Source: a virus
Virus record (IMG/VR): IMGVR_UViG_3300027708_002199
Location: 6,946 to 70,945 of that record
Direction: 5' to 3' (one strand)
Length of the DNA stretch: 64,000 nt
Positions within the stretch are counted from its first letter, which is position 1, and each line of letters opens with the position of its first letter. Below, one piece after another: positions 42,101 through 51,751 of this stretch. Under the pieces are notes generated by a model. It did not search any database. It had not been told where the DNA came from and was given only the letters and a program-made list of their open reading frames with translations. The position numbers were made by a program, and so were the translations under genes.

Positions 42101-43871
42101 GCCCATTAACTATATTTGTAGAACCTTGTCCTTTTAATGGAGCAATGTTTAAATTATAAGTCGAGTCAAGTACTGAGTTATTAAATCTTCTTATATTACC
42201 ATTTGTTTCGCTACTAGTGGTATTTGCAACCGTACTTTGTAAATCTTGGTATAGTTGATATGGTTTGTCTTTTGTAAATAATCTACCGTATTCTTTGCCA
42301 ATTAATTTACCTTCAACATTTTGATATCTGATAACTTTAGAACCTTTTGTTAATTCTTTATATCCATCATTAAAAACTTTTGAAATTTGATTGATAGCAT
42401 TACCTGCATGTAATCTTCTAGCCAATCCGCTGGCCGGAGCTGAGTCAATTAATCTTTGAGTATTATCTAATAATGAACCTTTTTTAAATTTGTATTCTAA
42501 AGATGATGAATATCTTTCTGTTAAATTAATTGCGACGTTATTACTATTATCAGTACCAAATTGTTCACCTTCAGGGCCAAATTTTATACCAATTTCTTCC
42601 GACCCTGTTTTTGTCCAAACAAATCCACCAACAACAGTGTTGTTATCATTTAATCCAAAATTTAAGTTTTGGTTTCCTTCATATAATTTACCAACCGCAT
42701 CAGGACCTAATACAACCGCACCAGTCGGTTCTCCATACCCATTGTCAGGTGTTTGACCTGCAGGTGATGTTGTATATCTTAATTCGTCTTTACCACCAAC
42801 ATATAAATTACCACTATTATCTTGTTCATTTTTTCCAATATTACCAAATATGTTATTTAACAATTGTCCAGCCTTAGTAATATTTCTATCATAGTTTGGA
42901 CTATATCGGTTGTATTCTAAATTGGCAAATAAAATTGATTTTTGACCGCCACCTGTGTTTGCTAAAAATTTAACAGAAGCATTACCATCGTTGTTACTTA
43001 ATCTTTGTACAAATCTACCAAGTCCCGTTTTAGGTTGTCTTGGTGTAAAATTAAAGTAATCTCCCTCAATTGGTGAATAAGGTAAATACGTTCCAGTTAT
43101 TCTTTGAGCTAAATTAACAACAAAATCACCAATACCATCAGGGACTGTAATATGATAATCTAAATAACTTAACTGTGCTTGATTAGTCGCCAATAAACTT
43201 GATTGTAAAGGATTACTATTAATTGATAAATTATTAGCTACACTTGTTTTTTGTAGTTCTTGGGCAACTCTATATTGAAAAGATTTTCTTAATTCAATTA
43301 CCGATATTTGTAATAAATAAGAATCTTGTTGTACTAAATTATCTGAACCGAAAATGATATCCGCCAAAGAATAATTTCCAACAACAAACGGTAAATTTAA
43401 TGGATTGTAATCACTTGTTCCACCATTTTTTGATAATATTTTTGTGTCAGTAAAAAATAAACCTTCATAACCACCGTTAGGGATATATCGATTACTTACT
43501 TCAGCTAAATCAATCCATTGTTCATTAATCAAGTCCATATTGGTATCGTTCTGTAACGGCCAATATTCTAATTGATTACTTGAATTTTCGTTTACTTGTC
43601 CTGTTGTCTTATTAATAAATCCAGATGCGTCTTGGAAACCCCCTGTAGGTCCATATTGATTTGGAATAATCTCTTGTTGAGCCTCAGTAAAAATTTCATT
43701 ATTAACATCTGGAGAATCAATTACTGAATTATCACTAATATTAGTTTCGTAATATGGATTAGAAATAGAAGATTGGAAAGCACCTTCAACGTTATATGGT
43801 TGTAGGTTTCTTGTAACAAGACGATTCCTAAAAAACTCTGAATTTGAATAATCTAAAGCGCTTTCACTCAT
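39156..43871 (-). CDS. Large tail/baseplate protein with tube-initiator-like domain
   Basis: 1571 aa; FLGRPEPIYTYKDTSRSGSISF and PVLVLRIGDFY...PMIAKVTL segments; located between tape measure and LysM genes. Confidence 0.55.
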   Translation of the reverse strand: MSESALDYSNSEFFRNRLVTRNLQPYNVEGAFQSSISNPYYETNISDNSVIDSPDVNNEIFTEAQQEIIPNQYGPTGGFQDASGFINKTTGQVNENSSNQLEYWPLQNDTNMDLINEQWIDLAEVSNRYIPNGGYEGLFFTDTKILSKNGGTSDYNPLNLPFVVGNYSLADIIFGSDNLVQQDSYLLQISVIELRKSFQYRVAQELQKTSVANNLSINSNPLQSSLLATNQAQLSYLDYHITVPDGIGDFVVNLAQRITGTYLPYSPIEGDYFNFTPRQPKTGLGRFVQRLSNNDGNASVKFLANTGGGQKSILFANLEYNRYSPNYDRNITKAGQLLNNIFGNIGKNEQDNSGNLYVGGKDELRYTTSPAGQTPDNGYGEPTGAVVLGPDAVGKLYEGNQNLNFGLNDNNTVVGGFVWTKTGSEEIGIKFGPEGEQFGTDNSNNVAINLTERYSSSLEYKFKKGSLLDNTQRLIDSAPASGLARRLHAGNAINQISKVFNDGYKELTKGSKVIRYQNVEGKLIGKEYGRLFTKDKPYQLYQDLQSTVANTTSSETNGNIRRFNNSVLDSTYNLNIAPLKGQGSTNIVNGQVKKYMFSIENLAWKGSALFNDLPGCEKGPNGGRIMWFPPYDLTFSETVSPGFDTTSFLGRPEPIYTYKDTSRSGSISFSIIVDHPSVLNLIAKKELQNDLTDKKDSVIESFFAGAAKFDLYELARKFATLDIQTLKELQESVLSSNKTSAEQLASVSQDLSGINSIANNLPNFSDFQGFGGYFPQWDSTIKTTDYETVYNGYISQQSVYESNPDKNRVSNQFPVITYNYEKLVELRSKILEAVTSQNCEIVIEMNGLRFQPADSTNSINRNKDYIESIKLFFSNFTDSNNKKLSSFILDGTVKFIDSNLLLTTAEVKGNGVSTAINCSIVLTGWTQNYSLEAMCSRYVSIKNITVNSKNPSNVNAGSSTNSQNIANQNANNGLPIPSSTALDKKNLSKRLLRTKLLNECDYFEVLKQTDPFAYTSISDKLKYFQPAFHAITPEGLNSRLTFLQQCTRPGNTIPVINQQGQQDTSTSTFNTNFGTPPVLVLRIGDFYNTKAIPDTLQISYENLDINPEGIGLQPMIAKVTLGVKLIGGSGLKGPIDRLQNALSFNFYANTEMYDERADVTELTDKLDDALFNSIVLAEPLATINDLQNIPETNKTIGDILTTVASGLTQTGTIQYKSFFDNYITQTQNYFSTTLDFIGSSIKNYNFGIYSQMTFDRNFKNGTVKLSGLTQQTNIYGKPSRISENLTEVANQLKSDIDDETETIIKALNDENGITNLAVNRVKDNYKNLIDSKINNAFSNVNSDSQDFANKQSQYIQNIEKLNSIVGGQLDGKILANGVPKGYLISIDSTFSNDYSLVCSGITNFYNLLSTKQFLPSTGAPYCEFVSLFVDGSSPLNPNSDNLLFTLFYDDLKDNTKRQQFISGLTTNLIPSSSGSVISIVTQKTDNLTTAFDNWNTQILKNFNEFKSSPEVNQYLNYNPQINGVSIKGKDRIYNYNTSGVTDTQLTNLRSLFSPVNSNNFNLIFNGKKQFN

Positions 43872-43911
43872 TGGGTGATTTTATTAATAAATAGAATGAC
43901 TTGGTATTTTT

Positions 43912-45966
43912 TTATTTTTTAACTATCATTCCATTTGAAGTTTTTGTATTGTCAAAGTGTTTAACAATATATTGCATCAAGGTTGGGTTTTTAGGTAATT
44001 CTTCAACTAACATGTCAGTTAGTTTATTTCTTGGAGTGTCAACAGATACTTTAAAATTAACTGTGTGAGTAACTTCTTGTTTTTGTGGTTGAACCTGAGG
44101 TTGAGTTTGTGTATTAGTTGACATCATTGCTGCGTTCATAGATTGACTTTGGATTTTTAAAACATCCATTAAACCTTTATTAACACTTTTTTGTAATACA
44201 TCAGGTAATTGAGTTGCAGCTAAAAAATAATCTTTATCATGTAAAACTATATCACCTGAAGGTGTTTTAAGAGTATCACCCCCAACCCTTGGGGATTTAA
44301 ATCCGTCTCCACCAGAAATACCAAGAGCCGTTTTAGCTGCTTCTAAAGCGTTTTTAATAACATCAAGGCTAGCAAAATCAAACGTTGCGGTTTTAATATC
44401 AGCATCTAAATTATCAACTGCCAGTTTTTGTTCTTTTAATGCTTTTTCATATCTGTCAAATATGCTTTTTCCAAAATCAGCAACACCCTGACCTAAAACA
44501 TCTTTTAAACTTCCCATAGTCGTTGCAATTTCTTTAAAATCTCCTGTCATTAATTTAACTAAAAGATTTCCAAGTTTACCAACATCATTACCAAATTCGT
44601 CAAGTTTAGTTTTAAATACTGAATTAGGACCAAACGCCTTTTCTACGTCAATAGCTAAAGCACTATATTCATCAGCACCTTTCTTTAAAAGAGCTTGACC
44701 CGCTTTAGACCCCCCTAATGTGGTTGCAAAAGTATTTGAAATTTTTTCTTGAGCTGCGGCCAATCGACCAAATTCACCTAATTGGTCTTTAGCAATATTA
44801 ATTAATTGTTTCTGAGGGTCTTCACCAGCAGCGGCTGCGTCAGCTTCAGTTTGTTTTTTAATAGCGTCTAATTGTTCTTTTTGTAGATTAGCCAATTCCG
44901 CCTGTTGCATTTGTCCCTTGTCATCTCGATAATTAATGACGTATTCTTTTTTACCACCACCAATATCTTTTAATTGAGCAAGATTTGCAAGTTGTTCTTG
45001 GTCTTCTTTTGATATGTCTAAACCTGAAAATTTTATTTTAGACATTTTATCTTCTAATTTTGATGTCTCCAATGCCATTTTTTCAAATTCTTTTCTATCA
45101 ATACTTAATGCGTTTGCAACTTCATTAAGTTGTCTTCGAGCGCCAGGCATAATCTGAAAAGTTTTACTTTTTTCATCAAAATATGTATATTGTTTAGCCA
45201 ATTTACCAAGTTCGTCTTGAAGTCCACCGACATCATTTTGAGCTAAATCCATCAATTTTAAAGGGTCAGTTAATGCGGTTGCGGCTCCACCTAATCTTTG
45301 TATTGCAGCTGCCATTTCAATTGCTTTTTCAGGACTCATTAAATCATCTGCCAAATCTAAGGTTTCATTCATATCAAACCTTAAAGCCTGAGCCTTTCCC
45401 GCCATTTTTGCTAATCCTTCAACACCATTTGTAAATCCAAATCTATTTAATTTATCTAAATTTGTAGTAACAGTTGCAGCAACTGCTTGAGCATTAACCC
45501 CTAATTGATTGGATACTCGAACCATTGTTAACACATTTTCAGCAATGTGTGCGGTTTCCATACCAGCGTTACGAAATGTTTCTTCTAAAACCTCACCCTT
45601 TACTCCTGTTACAGATACCGCTGCAAATAATTCTGCGGATTGCTCTTTAAGAGAAATTAAGTTTCGACCTGTAACATTTAAAAGAGCTTCCTGTTGTCCA
45701 GTAACATCACTTAGTTTACCACCTAAATCAACAACTTCTTGGTAAGCTAAACTAAAGTTATTTTTTAAAGCCAACCCTTGAGCGGTACTAACACCCATGG
45801 TTTTAGCAACTTTAGCCATTTCAACGTCCATCGATTGAACAGTTTTTAACATACCTTCAAACCCTTTTTTCATGTCAAAGAATGGTTGTGCACCACCTGT
45901 TTTAAAAAACGAACCTAACGGGTCTGACTCAGGTGTTGCGTCTCCTCCTAATTGATAATATAGCAT
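43912..45966 (-). CDS. Tape measure protein (probable)
   Basis: 684 aa Ala/Leu/Lys/Met-rich helical protein directly downstream of tube and chaperone genes. Confidence 0.7.
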   Translation of the reverse strand: MLYYQLGGDATPESDPLGSFFKTGGAQPFFDMKKGFEGMLKTVQSMDVEMAKVAKTMGVSTAQGLALKNNFSLAYQEVVDLGGKLSDVTGQQEALLNVTGRNLISLKEQSAELFAAVSVTGVKGEVLEETFRNAGMETAHIAENVLTMVRVSNQLGVNAQAVAATVTTNLDKLNRFGFTNGVEGLAKMAGKAQALRFDMNETLDLADDLMSPEKAIEMAAAIQRLGGAATALTDPLKLMDLAQNDVGGLQDELGKLAKQYTYFDEKSKTFQIMPGARRQLNEVANALSIDRKEFEKMALETSKLEDKMSKIKFSGLDISKEDQEQLANLAQLKDIGGGKKEYVINYRDDKGQMQQAELANLQKEQLDAIKKQTEADAAAAGEDPQKQLINIAKDQLGEFGRLAAAQEKISNTFATTLGGSKAGQALLKKGADEYSALAIDVEKAFGPNSVFKTKLDEFGNDVGKLGNLLVKLMTGDFKEIATTMGSLKDVLGQGVADFGKSIFDRYEKALKEQKLAVDNLDADIKTATFDFASLDVIKNALEAAKTALGISGGDGFKSPRVGGDTLKTPSGDIVLHDKDYFLAATQLPDVLQKSVNKGLMDVLKIQSQSMNAAMMSTNTQTQPQVQPQKQEVTHTVNFKVSVDTPRNKLTDMLVEELPKNPTLMQYIVKHFDNTKTSNGMIVKK

Positions 45967-45992
45967 AGTTTACTCTTTATTATATAAATAAC

Positions 45993-46160
45993 TTACTGTT
46001 CGTTTTTAGGCGTATTAATTTCAATCACCCTATCAACCAAGTATCTACGGTGATAAGACGGCATTTTCATGAAATCGGAATAAGACAAATTTAATTTGGA
46101 TGCCAAAAGATAATATTGGTCCAATAAATTTTTTAAATACTCAGAAGAAAGGGCGAAAAA
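45993..46160 (-). CDS. Tail chaperone C-terminal extension (gp51/gpT-like), probably reached by frameshift
   Basis: Not in ORF track. +1 frame overlapping the chaperone stop: FFALSSEYLKNLLDQYYLLASKLNLSYSDFMKMPSYHRRYLVDRVIEINTPKNEQ*. Confidence 0.65.
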   Translation of the reverse strand, partial: FFALSSEYLKNLLDQYYLLASKLNLSYSDFMKMPSYHRRYLVDRVIEINTPKNEQ

Positions 46161-46890
46161 ACTCCGCCCCAAAGGTCACACGGGTGAGTACCTTTTTTCC
46201 AGATGGGGCTGTTATTTCTCTCACTAAATCCAACCTAGGTTCGTTTTCTCTAATGAAGTTGTTTATGTATTTTGAATCCATGATTGGCATTTTAGATATA
46301 AAATCCGCAATTGCACTTTCTTCTCGGTTACCTTCAACCTCAACAATTTGTTTAGTCAATTTCAAAGTTACTGAAGGTGAAATCATTCCTTTTGGATAAG
46401 AATCAATTTGACGATTAATACTCTGTGACTCCCCATATGTTAAAAATTTTATTTTAATTTCTTTTTTTGTTTTTGGTAAAACCAAAGAAATTAAACCTTC
46501 AAAATCAGGTTCAACCTCAGTTCTTTTAAAGTCCAATGCGTCAAGTTGTACACTATGTTCAAATTTCTTATCAGTTTCAGGGTCAATTAAAGTAAAATCA
46601 TAATTTGCACCAAATGAAGTGTTTCTTAAAAAAACTAAAATAGCTTCCAAATCACCCTCCATCATTTCTTCAGGTCTAATATCAGGTTCATATAATTTAC
46701 TTCTAACTAAATTAGTAATGATTTGGTCACCACTTAAATTACCAACCGACGCCAAAATATTTTCATCGGCAGCGGTTAGGTATCCAACCTTAACAGATTT
46801 TTTCTTATTTTTATAATATTTTCCCTCACTTGGTAATAACACCACATCGTGTGGAAGGTCCAAGTGCATTTGATTCATATTGTCACTCAT
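46141..46890 (-). CDS. Tail assembly chaperone / baseplate hub assembly protein (T4 gp26-like)
   Basis: LPSEGKYY, YLTAADENIL, GDLEAILVFLRNTSFG, ends EFFRP; between tube and tape measure. Confidence 0.75.
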   Translation of the reverse strand: MSDNMNQMHLDLPHDVVLLPSEGKYYKNKKKSVKVGYLTAADENILASVGNLSGDQIITNLVRSKLYEPDIRPEEMMEGDLEAILVFLRNTSFGANYDFTLIDPETDKKFEHSVQLDALDFKRTEVEPDFEGLISLVLPKTKKEIKIKFLTYGESQSINRQIDSYPKGMISPSVTLKLTKQIVEVEGNREESAIADFISKMPIMDSKYINNFIRENEPRLDLVREITAPSGKKVLTRVTFGAEFFRPFF

Positions 46891-46934
46891 AGTTTTTTTA
46901 TTAGAAAAATACCTTATTCTTATTTATTGTAAAT

Positions 46935-46958
46935 AAAAAAACCCACTTTTGTGGGTTT
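46935..46958 (-). terminator. Intrinsic terminator after tail tube gene
   Basis: minus strand aaacccac-aaaa-gtgggttt followed by T run. Confidence 0.75.
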
Positions 46959-46980
46959 GAATATAAAGTAGTAAAGTATA

Positions 46981-47466
46981 TTAATATAATAATACACAAT
47001 AGTCAGGTCTCAAAGACGCTTGGATAGTTACCAATCCATCTTCAGAGTAAGACAATCCTTGGAAATCAACTTTTGTAAGGAATGTGTTTTTAAGAACCCA
47101 TTTCTCAATTACAACACCTGTTGGGTCTAATAAACTTAAGAAAATATCTCTTTTATAACCTGCGGCATATCCCATACGCCCTGTCACAGATTCAGCATGT
47201 AAACGAACCCATTCCATCAACGCTTGTGAAGCAGAAGGTCCGATTGGGTCACGGAAAGTTACAGAGATTTCTCCCCATTCATACTTACCTGCAACATAAG
47301 TTTTAGTATTTAAGAAATCAATCGCAGTAGAGTTAATCGTTAAAGAAGGTCTACTTGTAGATTCTACAAACCATTCGTTAATACCCAAGTCATTAAAAGA
47401 CATGATAAACCTATTTTTCCTTTTCGGTTCGTAGGGTATCGGCATTTTCATCAGTAAATCAGCCAT
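46981..47466 (-). CDS. Tail tube protein (T4 gp19-like)
   Basis: EPKRKNRF, YVAGKYEWGEISVTFRD, EWV, LDPTGVVIEKWVL; 161 aa downstream of sheath. Confidence 0.88.
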   Translation of the reverse strand: MADLLMKMPIPYEPKRKNRFIMSFNDLGINEWFVESTSRPSLTINSTAIDFLNTKTYVAGKYEWGEISVTFRDPIGPSASQALMEWVRLHAESVTGRMGYAAGYKRDIFLSLLDPTGVVIEKWVLKNTFLTKVDFQGLSYSEDGLVTIQASLRPDYCVLLY

Positions 47467-47582
47467 ATTATTTTGTTTTAAATTTTTCTTTTATTTTATT
47501 ATAAATAGTCCCTATTGAAAATTTTTCTATTTACTTTAAGGTTTTTTTTATCCAAACTTGCTATAAGTCCAGTTTATAAATA

Positions 47583-48398
47583 TTAATAGTTTTGCTTTTT
47601 ACCACCATGTGTTGATATTGTTTGAATAATATTTTCTGGGTCTTTTGATAATTCATCTTTAACTTTTTCTAGATTTCTTAAATCATCATCTGAAAATCCT
47701 ATTGTAGGAATAAAATTATTACTTATATCATCTTTAAACATTACTGGTTTTTTAAGTATATTCGCCAAATATTTTACATATCCTTGAAATTCTCTTAAAG
47801 CATCAACCTTTCCTTTTTCGGGACTTTGTGCTGAACCGGCTCCAAATGTCACAGGATAATATTTGTTCATATCCATATAAGCGTTTATAAGTTCTTTATC
47901 CTTCATATCTTCTTCACCCGCAAATTTTCTAAACTTTCTTAAGTTTTTAACCAATTCTTTTTTAGATATTCCTTTAAAATTTGTTTCAATCATATTTTCG
48001 ATTGCTCTACGTAAAGCCAATGGTGAATGTCCTCTTGCTGTGACAATCGAAAAAATTGACCCTCCGTTAATTGCTTCCACAAAATCGTCCCATGCAGGAC
48101 CTATTTTAGCCATCATTGCGTCTATGATGAATCTTTTATCACCTTTGGTACCAAAGTTCCTAAACGGGTCATCAGCAAACCCTACAATAGTTTTTTTCTT
48201 ATATTCAAAAGGTTCAACTCCAACCTTTACACGATATTCCGCAAAATCTTCCGTGGACATACCAACTTCTTCATTATCTTCGGTACGAAGTATTATTTGT
48301 GTTGGCATAGTAAGGATATTATCATCCCAGTCAAAAGCGTAATACTTTAAATCGGGTGTAATTTCTTCTTCAAATTTTTCTACTAAAAACATTTTCAT
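47583..48398 (-). CDS. HAD-superfamily-like protein
   Basis: YAFDWDDNI (DxD), IVTARGH, K, IGFSDDD motifs; start moved to ATG 48398 because the longer ORF overlaps the sheath terminator and TATTTAT motif. Confidence 0.65.
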   Translation of the reverse strand: MKMFLVEKFEEEITPDLKYYAFDWDDNILTMPTQIILRTEDNEEVGMSTEDFAEYRVKVGVEPFEYKKKTIVGFADDPFRNFGTKGDKRFIIDAMMAKIGPAWDDFVEAINGGSIFSIVTARGHSPLALRRAIENMIETNFKGISKKELVKNLRKFRKFAGEEDMKDKELINAYMDMNKYYPVTFGAGSAQSPEKGKVDALREFQGYVKYLANILKKPVMFKDDISNNFIPTIGFSDDDLRNLEKVKDELSKDPENIIQTISTHGGKKQNY

Positions 48399-48419
48399 AT
48401 CTATAAATATTATGTAAAT

Positions 48420-48452
48420 AAAAAACCCCCACATTTCTGTGAGGGTCTTTTT
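48420..48452 (-). terminator. Intrinsic terminator after sheath gene
   Basis: minus strand accctcaca-gaaa-tgtgggggt followed by T run. Confidence 0.75.
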
Positions 48453-48465
48453 AAATTTTATTTAA

Positions 48466-51400
48466 TTAGATGTCTTCAAAAGACGCTCCTGTTGGTGTAA
48501 TCAAGAACTCAATATCGATGAACTCTAATGCTTTAGTTGGTTTGATATAAATCTTACCTACTAATTGGTTAGCATCTAAGTCTTCAGGAGTATTTTGTAC
48601 TGTTACACGGAAGTCGTATAAACCTCTGTCTCTTCTGATAGCGTCTAAGATTGGATTAACAGAGTCAAGAAATTGTTGTCTTACTGTGTTATCATTTTGT
48701 TCAAACAACAATCTGATAGCCACCGCAGAAATCAATTTACGAGCTTGTAACAACAATCTTCTAACGTTAATTCTATTTAACGCTGAATCCGCAATTTGAA
48801 GAGTTTTGTTACCCCAAATTACAGTTCCAACATCGTTGAAAGTTGCGATTGGGTTAATTCTTCCTTTGTAAAGAGTGTCTCTATCTTCTTGAGTTAATCT
48901 CTTTCTTGCTCTAACCGCATTTACAATACCTCTTGTGTAACCCGCAGTCGCGAACCATGGGAAGGCTATATTATCAGTTAATGCTAAGTTACGAGTAACT
49001 TCAGCCGTTGCTGGTAAATAGATTTGAGTATTGTTTACAGTATCACGAGTAAGAACCCATGGGTAGTAAGTGGCTGTGTAGTTAGAGTCAATTCCTGTTT
49101 GTTCTAAATTATCAACTGCCTCTTGTGGGTAAATTAAATTATCCATAGAAGTTGAGTTTTGTAATAGGTTAAAGTCAGGAGTTGTACAAACGTAGATTGA
49201 ATCCGCTCTTTCATTTGTTATCATGTCAATAGCCGACTCGATTAATCCACTATTATTAACATAATCAACACCAGGTGTTACAAGAGCATTTATATTTGTA
49301 ACCTCAGGGTTAGCAAATGTTCTAATACCTAACAAGTATGCATAATAGTCAGTATTACCATAACTTCTTGTACCATCCTCAATAGTGATGATTTTAAATG
49401 AACCCCATCCTGTTGATGTTGGATATGGTGCTTGTGGACAAAAACCAGCTTTGAAAGCTGTTTGACCTAACATGTATGAATCACCGTTACCACGTTTTTC
49501 TTCATAAATGTCCCATCCGTCAAAACCACCTTGTACTAAGAAACTATATTTTCTTGAGTATAAGAAGTAATATGGATTTTCTGCATCTGTTGGTTCAGAA
49601 CTAAATGAACCGTCACCAACTTCAAATTGTGTCATACCGCTTACCATTACAACAGTTGCTCCACTATCCATGTGGAAACCTTTTGTTGTGTTTGGCCAGT
49701 TATTGTAAGTTCCTTCTTCACACAAATCACCAATCGGTCTTTGTTTTCCTTTATAGTCGAAGAAATCAGCATCAACACCTACTGAAGATGAAATACCTAA
49801 ATAAGTTCTTCTTTTATTATCACCAGGACTAGTGATTGCGTTATCACTACCAGCAGAATTACCAAATGGAGGATTAGCAATTATTTCACCAGGGATTGCG
49901 TAGTGTGTTTTATAAATTGGGAAAGGAGATGTACCGTTAGTATAACTTCTTGTTATAAAACCTTCAAATCCACAAGGAAGAGCATCTAACGGAGCTTCTT
50001 CATTCATTTCTAACATAATATATTTAGAAAGAATTGCGTATTCACCGTCAATAGAACCAACTTTTTTAGCCACATAACTGTTACTTGTTGCATCTAATGT
50101 ACAATTAGTGAATTTCTCCATAACTGTTGGGTTAGCATCAGTATCATAGAAATCTCTAACTATCAAATCAAATGTTCCATTGTTAAATGAAATATTTGCA
50201 ATAGAAATTTTAACTTCTCTGTTTGCGGCATTTCCATCAGGAATAGTATAAACACGGAATAATTTATAAACTAAATTACCTCTAAGTTCAGAGACAACCC
50301 AAGGAGATGACGGAGTTTGGTATCTTTCTAAATAGAAACCAGTTGTATCAAGATTTGTTGAAGTTCTTGCATCACCTAAAGAAATAAAGTTATTAGCATT
50401 TAATCCACGAATATAACCTTGACTATAAGCATAATCCAACATTGTTGAATATCTTTCTTCAACAAATAAAGGTACTTCAGTTCTGTCTTTAGCGAAGTTT
50501 TCAACACCAAATACACTACTGATGTAGTTAGATTTTGATGTTGTAAATGATGTTTCAAAACTAAATGTGTTATTATTATAAGTTTTACCTGAAATTAAAA
50601 AAGTTGAGTAAGGATTTTGACTTATTCCTGAGTAACTACCAGTACCAATCATTGTTACATTTGAAGTGCCTGTTACTTGATATTGAGGTCCATGTAAAGT
50701 TGTTGAGTATTGAGTAATACCTCTTGAACGTAAAGTTGCAACAACAAGATTATTATATCCTGAATAACTTGTACCTGAAAATCCGTAATAGAAACCTGAT
50801 ACACTACCGCTATAGGCACCTGATGTTCCCGATAATGAAGAAACTCTTGTATAATATGAGTTACCATAATATGCATTACCATTAGTTGGTGGAACGAAAT
50901 TCGCGTAGAACCAAGCGTCATTTGTTCCTGAACAATAGTTAATTGTTGATGCGGTTATACTGTTAACATCAAATACATTAGTTGATGCAGTTAAACCCGC
51001 AGCAATATTTGCAGTTACCTGAGTACCTGAAACTGGTCCAAAATAATAAGCCGAAGTTCCTGATGTACTATTAGTAACTAAAATATTATATAATTGTGTT
51101 TGTAAATCACCTAAAATCGTAGATGTTCCACCATCAAATTGTGTGTAAGCGTTAGTATAATATGTGTTTCCACTTATTACACTTGGAACCGATGAGGTAA
51201 ATCTCACAGATGATGTAGACGCAGTTGAACCTGTGAAATTAATAGAGAAAGATGTCCCTCCTGTAATTCCAACCGTACTGCAATTAACATTTGCAATTGT
51301 GGTTATTGACCAAGATGGTCCTGCATCATAACCTGATAGACCTAAAATTCTTGTTACATACAATTGATTAGATTGTTGTAAATATGATTTAGCAATATAT

Positions 51401-51633
51401 GCTGCCTCATATTTTGGGATTTGTGTATTCACAAATTTCTCAGGTAACGTACCTCCAAAATAAGTTTGGAATTCATCATAATTAGTGATGAATAAAGGTT
51501 CAAATGCAGGACCCTTAAGAGTTTCTCCCACAATACCTAAAGTAGTTACACCAACACTTTGTGAAACAAAAGATAAATCTCTCTCTGAGGTATAAACACC
51601 TGGAGAAACGAATACTTTGTTTGCTGTTGCCAT
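48466..51633 (-). CDS. Contractile tail sheath protein
   Basis: FVSPGVYTSERDLS, GETLKGPAF, YYPWV, PWFATAGYTRG, INPI, WGNKTL, RINVRRLL, IKPTKALEFIDIEF. Confidence 0.95.
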   Translation of the reverse strand: MATANKVFVSPGVYTSERDLSFVSQSVGVTTLGIVGETLKGPAFEPLFITNYDEFQTYFGGTLPEKFVNTQIPKYEAAYIAKSYLQQSNQLYVTRILGLSGYDAGPSWSITTIANVNCSTVGITGGTSFSINFTGSTASTSSVRFTSSVPSVISGNTYYTNAYTQFDGGTSTILGDLQTQLYNILVTNSTSGTSAYYFGPVSGTQVTANIAAGLTASTNVFDVNSITASTINYCSGTNDAWFYANFVPPTNGNAYYGNSYYTRVSSLSGTSGAYSGSVSGFYYGFSGTSYSGYNNLVVATLRSRGITQYSTTLHGPQYQVTGTSNVTMIGTGSYSGISQNPYSTFLISGKTYNNNTFSFETSFTTSKSNYISSVFGVENFAKDRTEVPLFVEERYSTMLDYAYSQGYIRGLNANNFISLGDARTSTNLDTTGFYLERYQTPSSPWVVSELRGNLVYKLFRVYTIPDGNAANREVKISIANISFNNGTFDLIVRDFYDTDANPTVMEKFTNCTLDATSNSYVAKKVGSIDGEYAILSKYIMLEMNEEAPLDALPCGFEGFITRSYTNGTSPFPIYKTHYAIPGEIIANPPFGNSAGSDNAITSPGDNKRRTYLGISSSVGVDADFFDYKGKQRPIGDLCEEGTYNNWPNTTKGFHMDSGATVVMVSGMTQFEVGDGSFSSEPTDAENPYYFLYSRKYSFLVQGGFDGWDIYEEKRGNGDSYMLGQTAFKAGFCPQAPYPTSTGWGSFKIITIEDGTRSYGNTDYYAYLLGIRTFANPEVTNINALVTPGVDYVNNSGLIESAIDMITNERADSIYVCTTPDFNLLQNSTSMDNLIYPQEAVDNLEQTGIDSNYTATYYPWVLTRDTVNNTQIYLPATAEVTRNLALTDNIAFPWFATAGYTRGIVNAVRARKRLTQEDRDTLYKGRINPIATFNDVGTVIWGNKTLQIADSALNRINVRRLLLQARKLISAVAIRLLFEQNDNTVRQQFLDSVNPILDAIRRDRGLYDFRVTVQNTPEDLDANQLVGKIYIKPTKALEFIDIEFLITPTGASFEDI

Positions 51634-51751
51634 TTTTTAATTTAATTGTTTAAAATTTATTTATTAATAAATATTCTGTAAAACTTGAAAAACTATTGGT
51701 CTAAATAACTATTTATTGATTAGTAAGAATAAAATCTTACTTTTTTCTACC

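Noticed and set aside
46141-46165. Classical -1 frameshift at G TTT TTT
   Set aside because: The -1 frame reads TCG CCC TTT CTT CTG AGT ATT TAA and stops after 7 codons; only the +1/-2 frame is open
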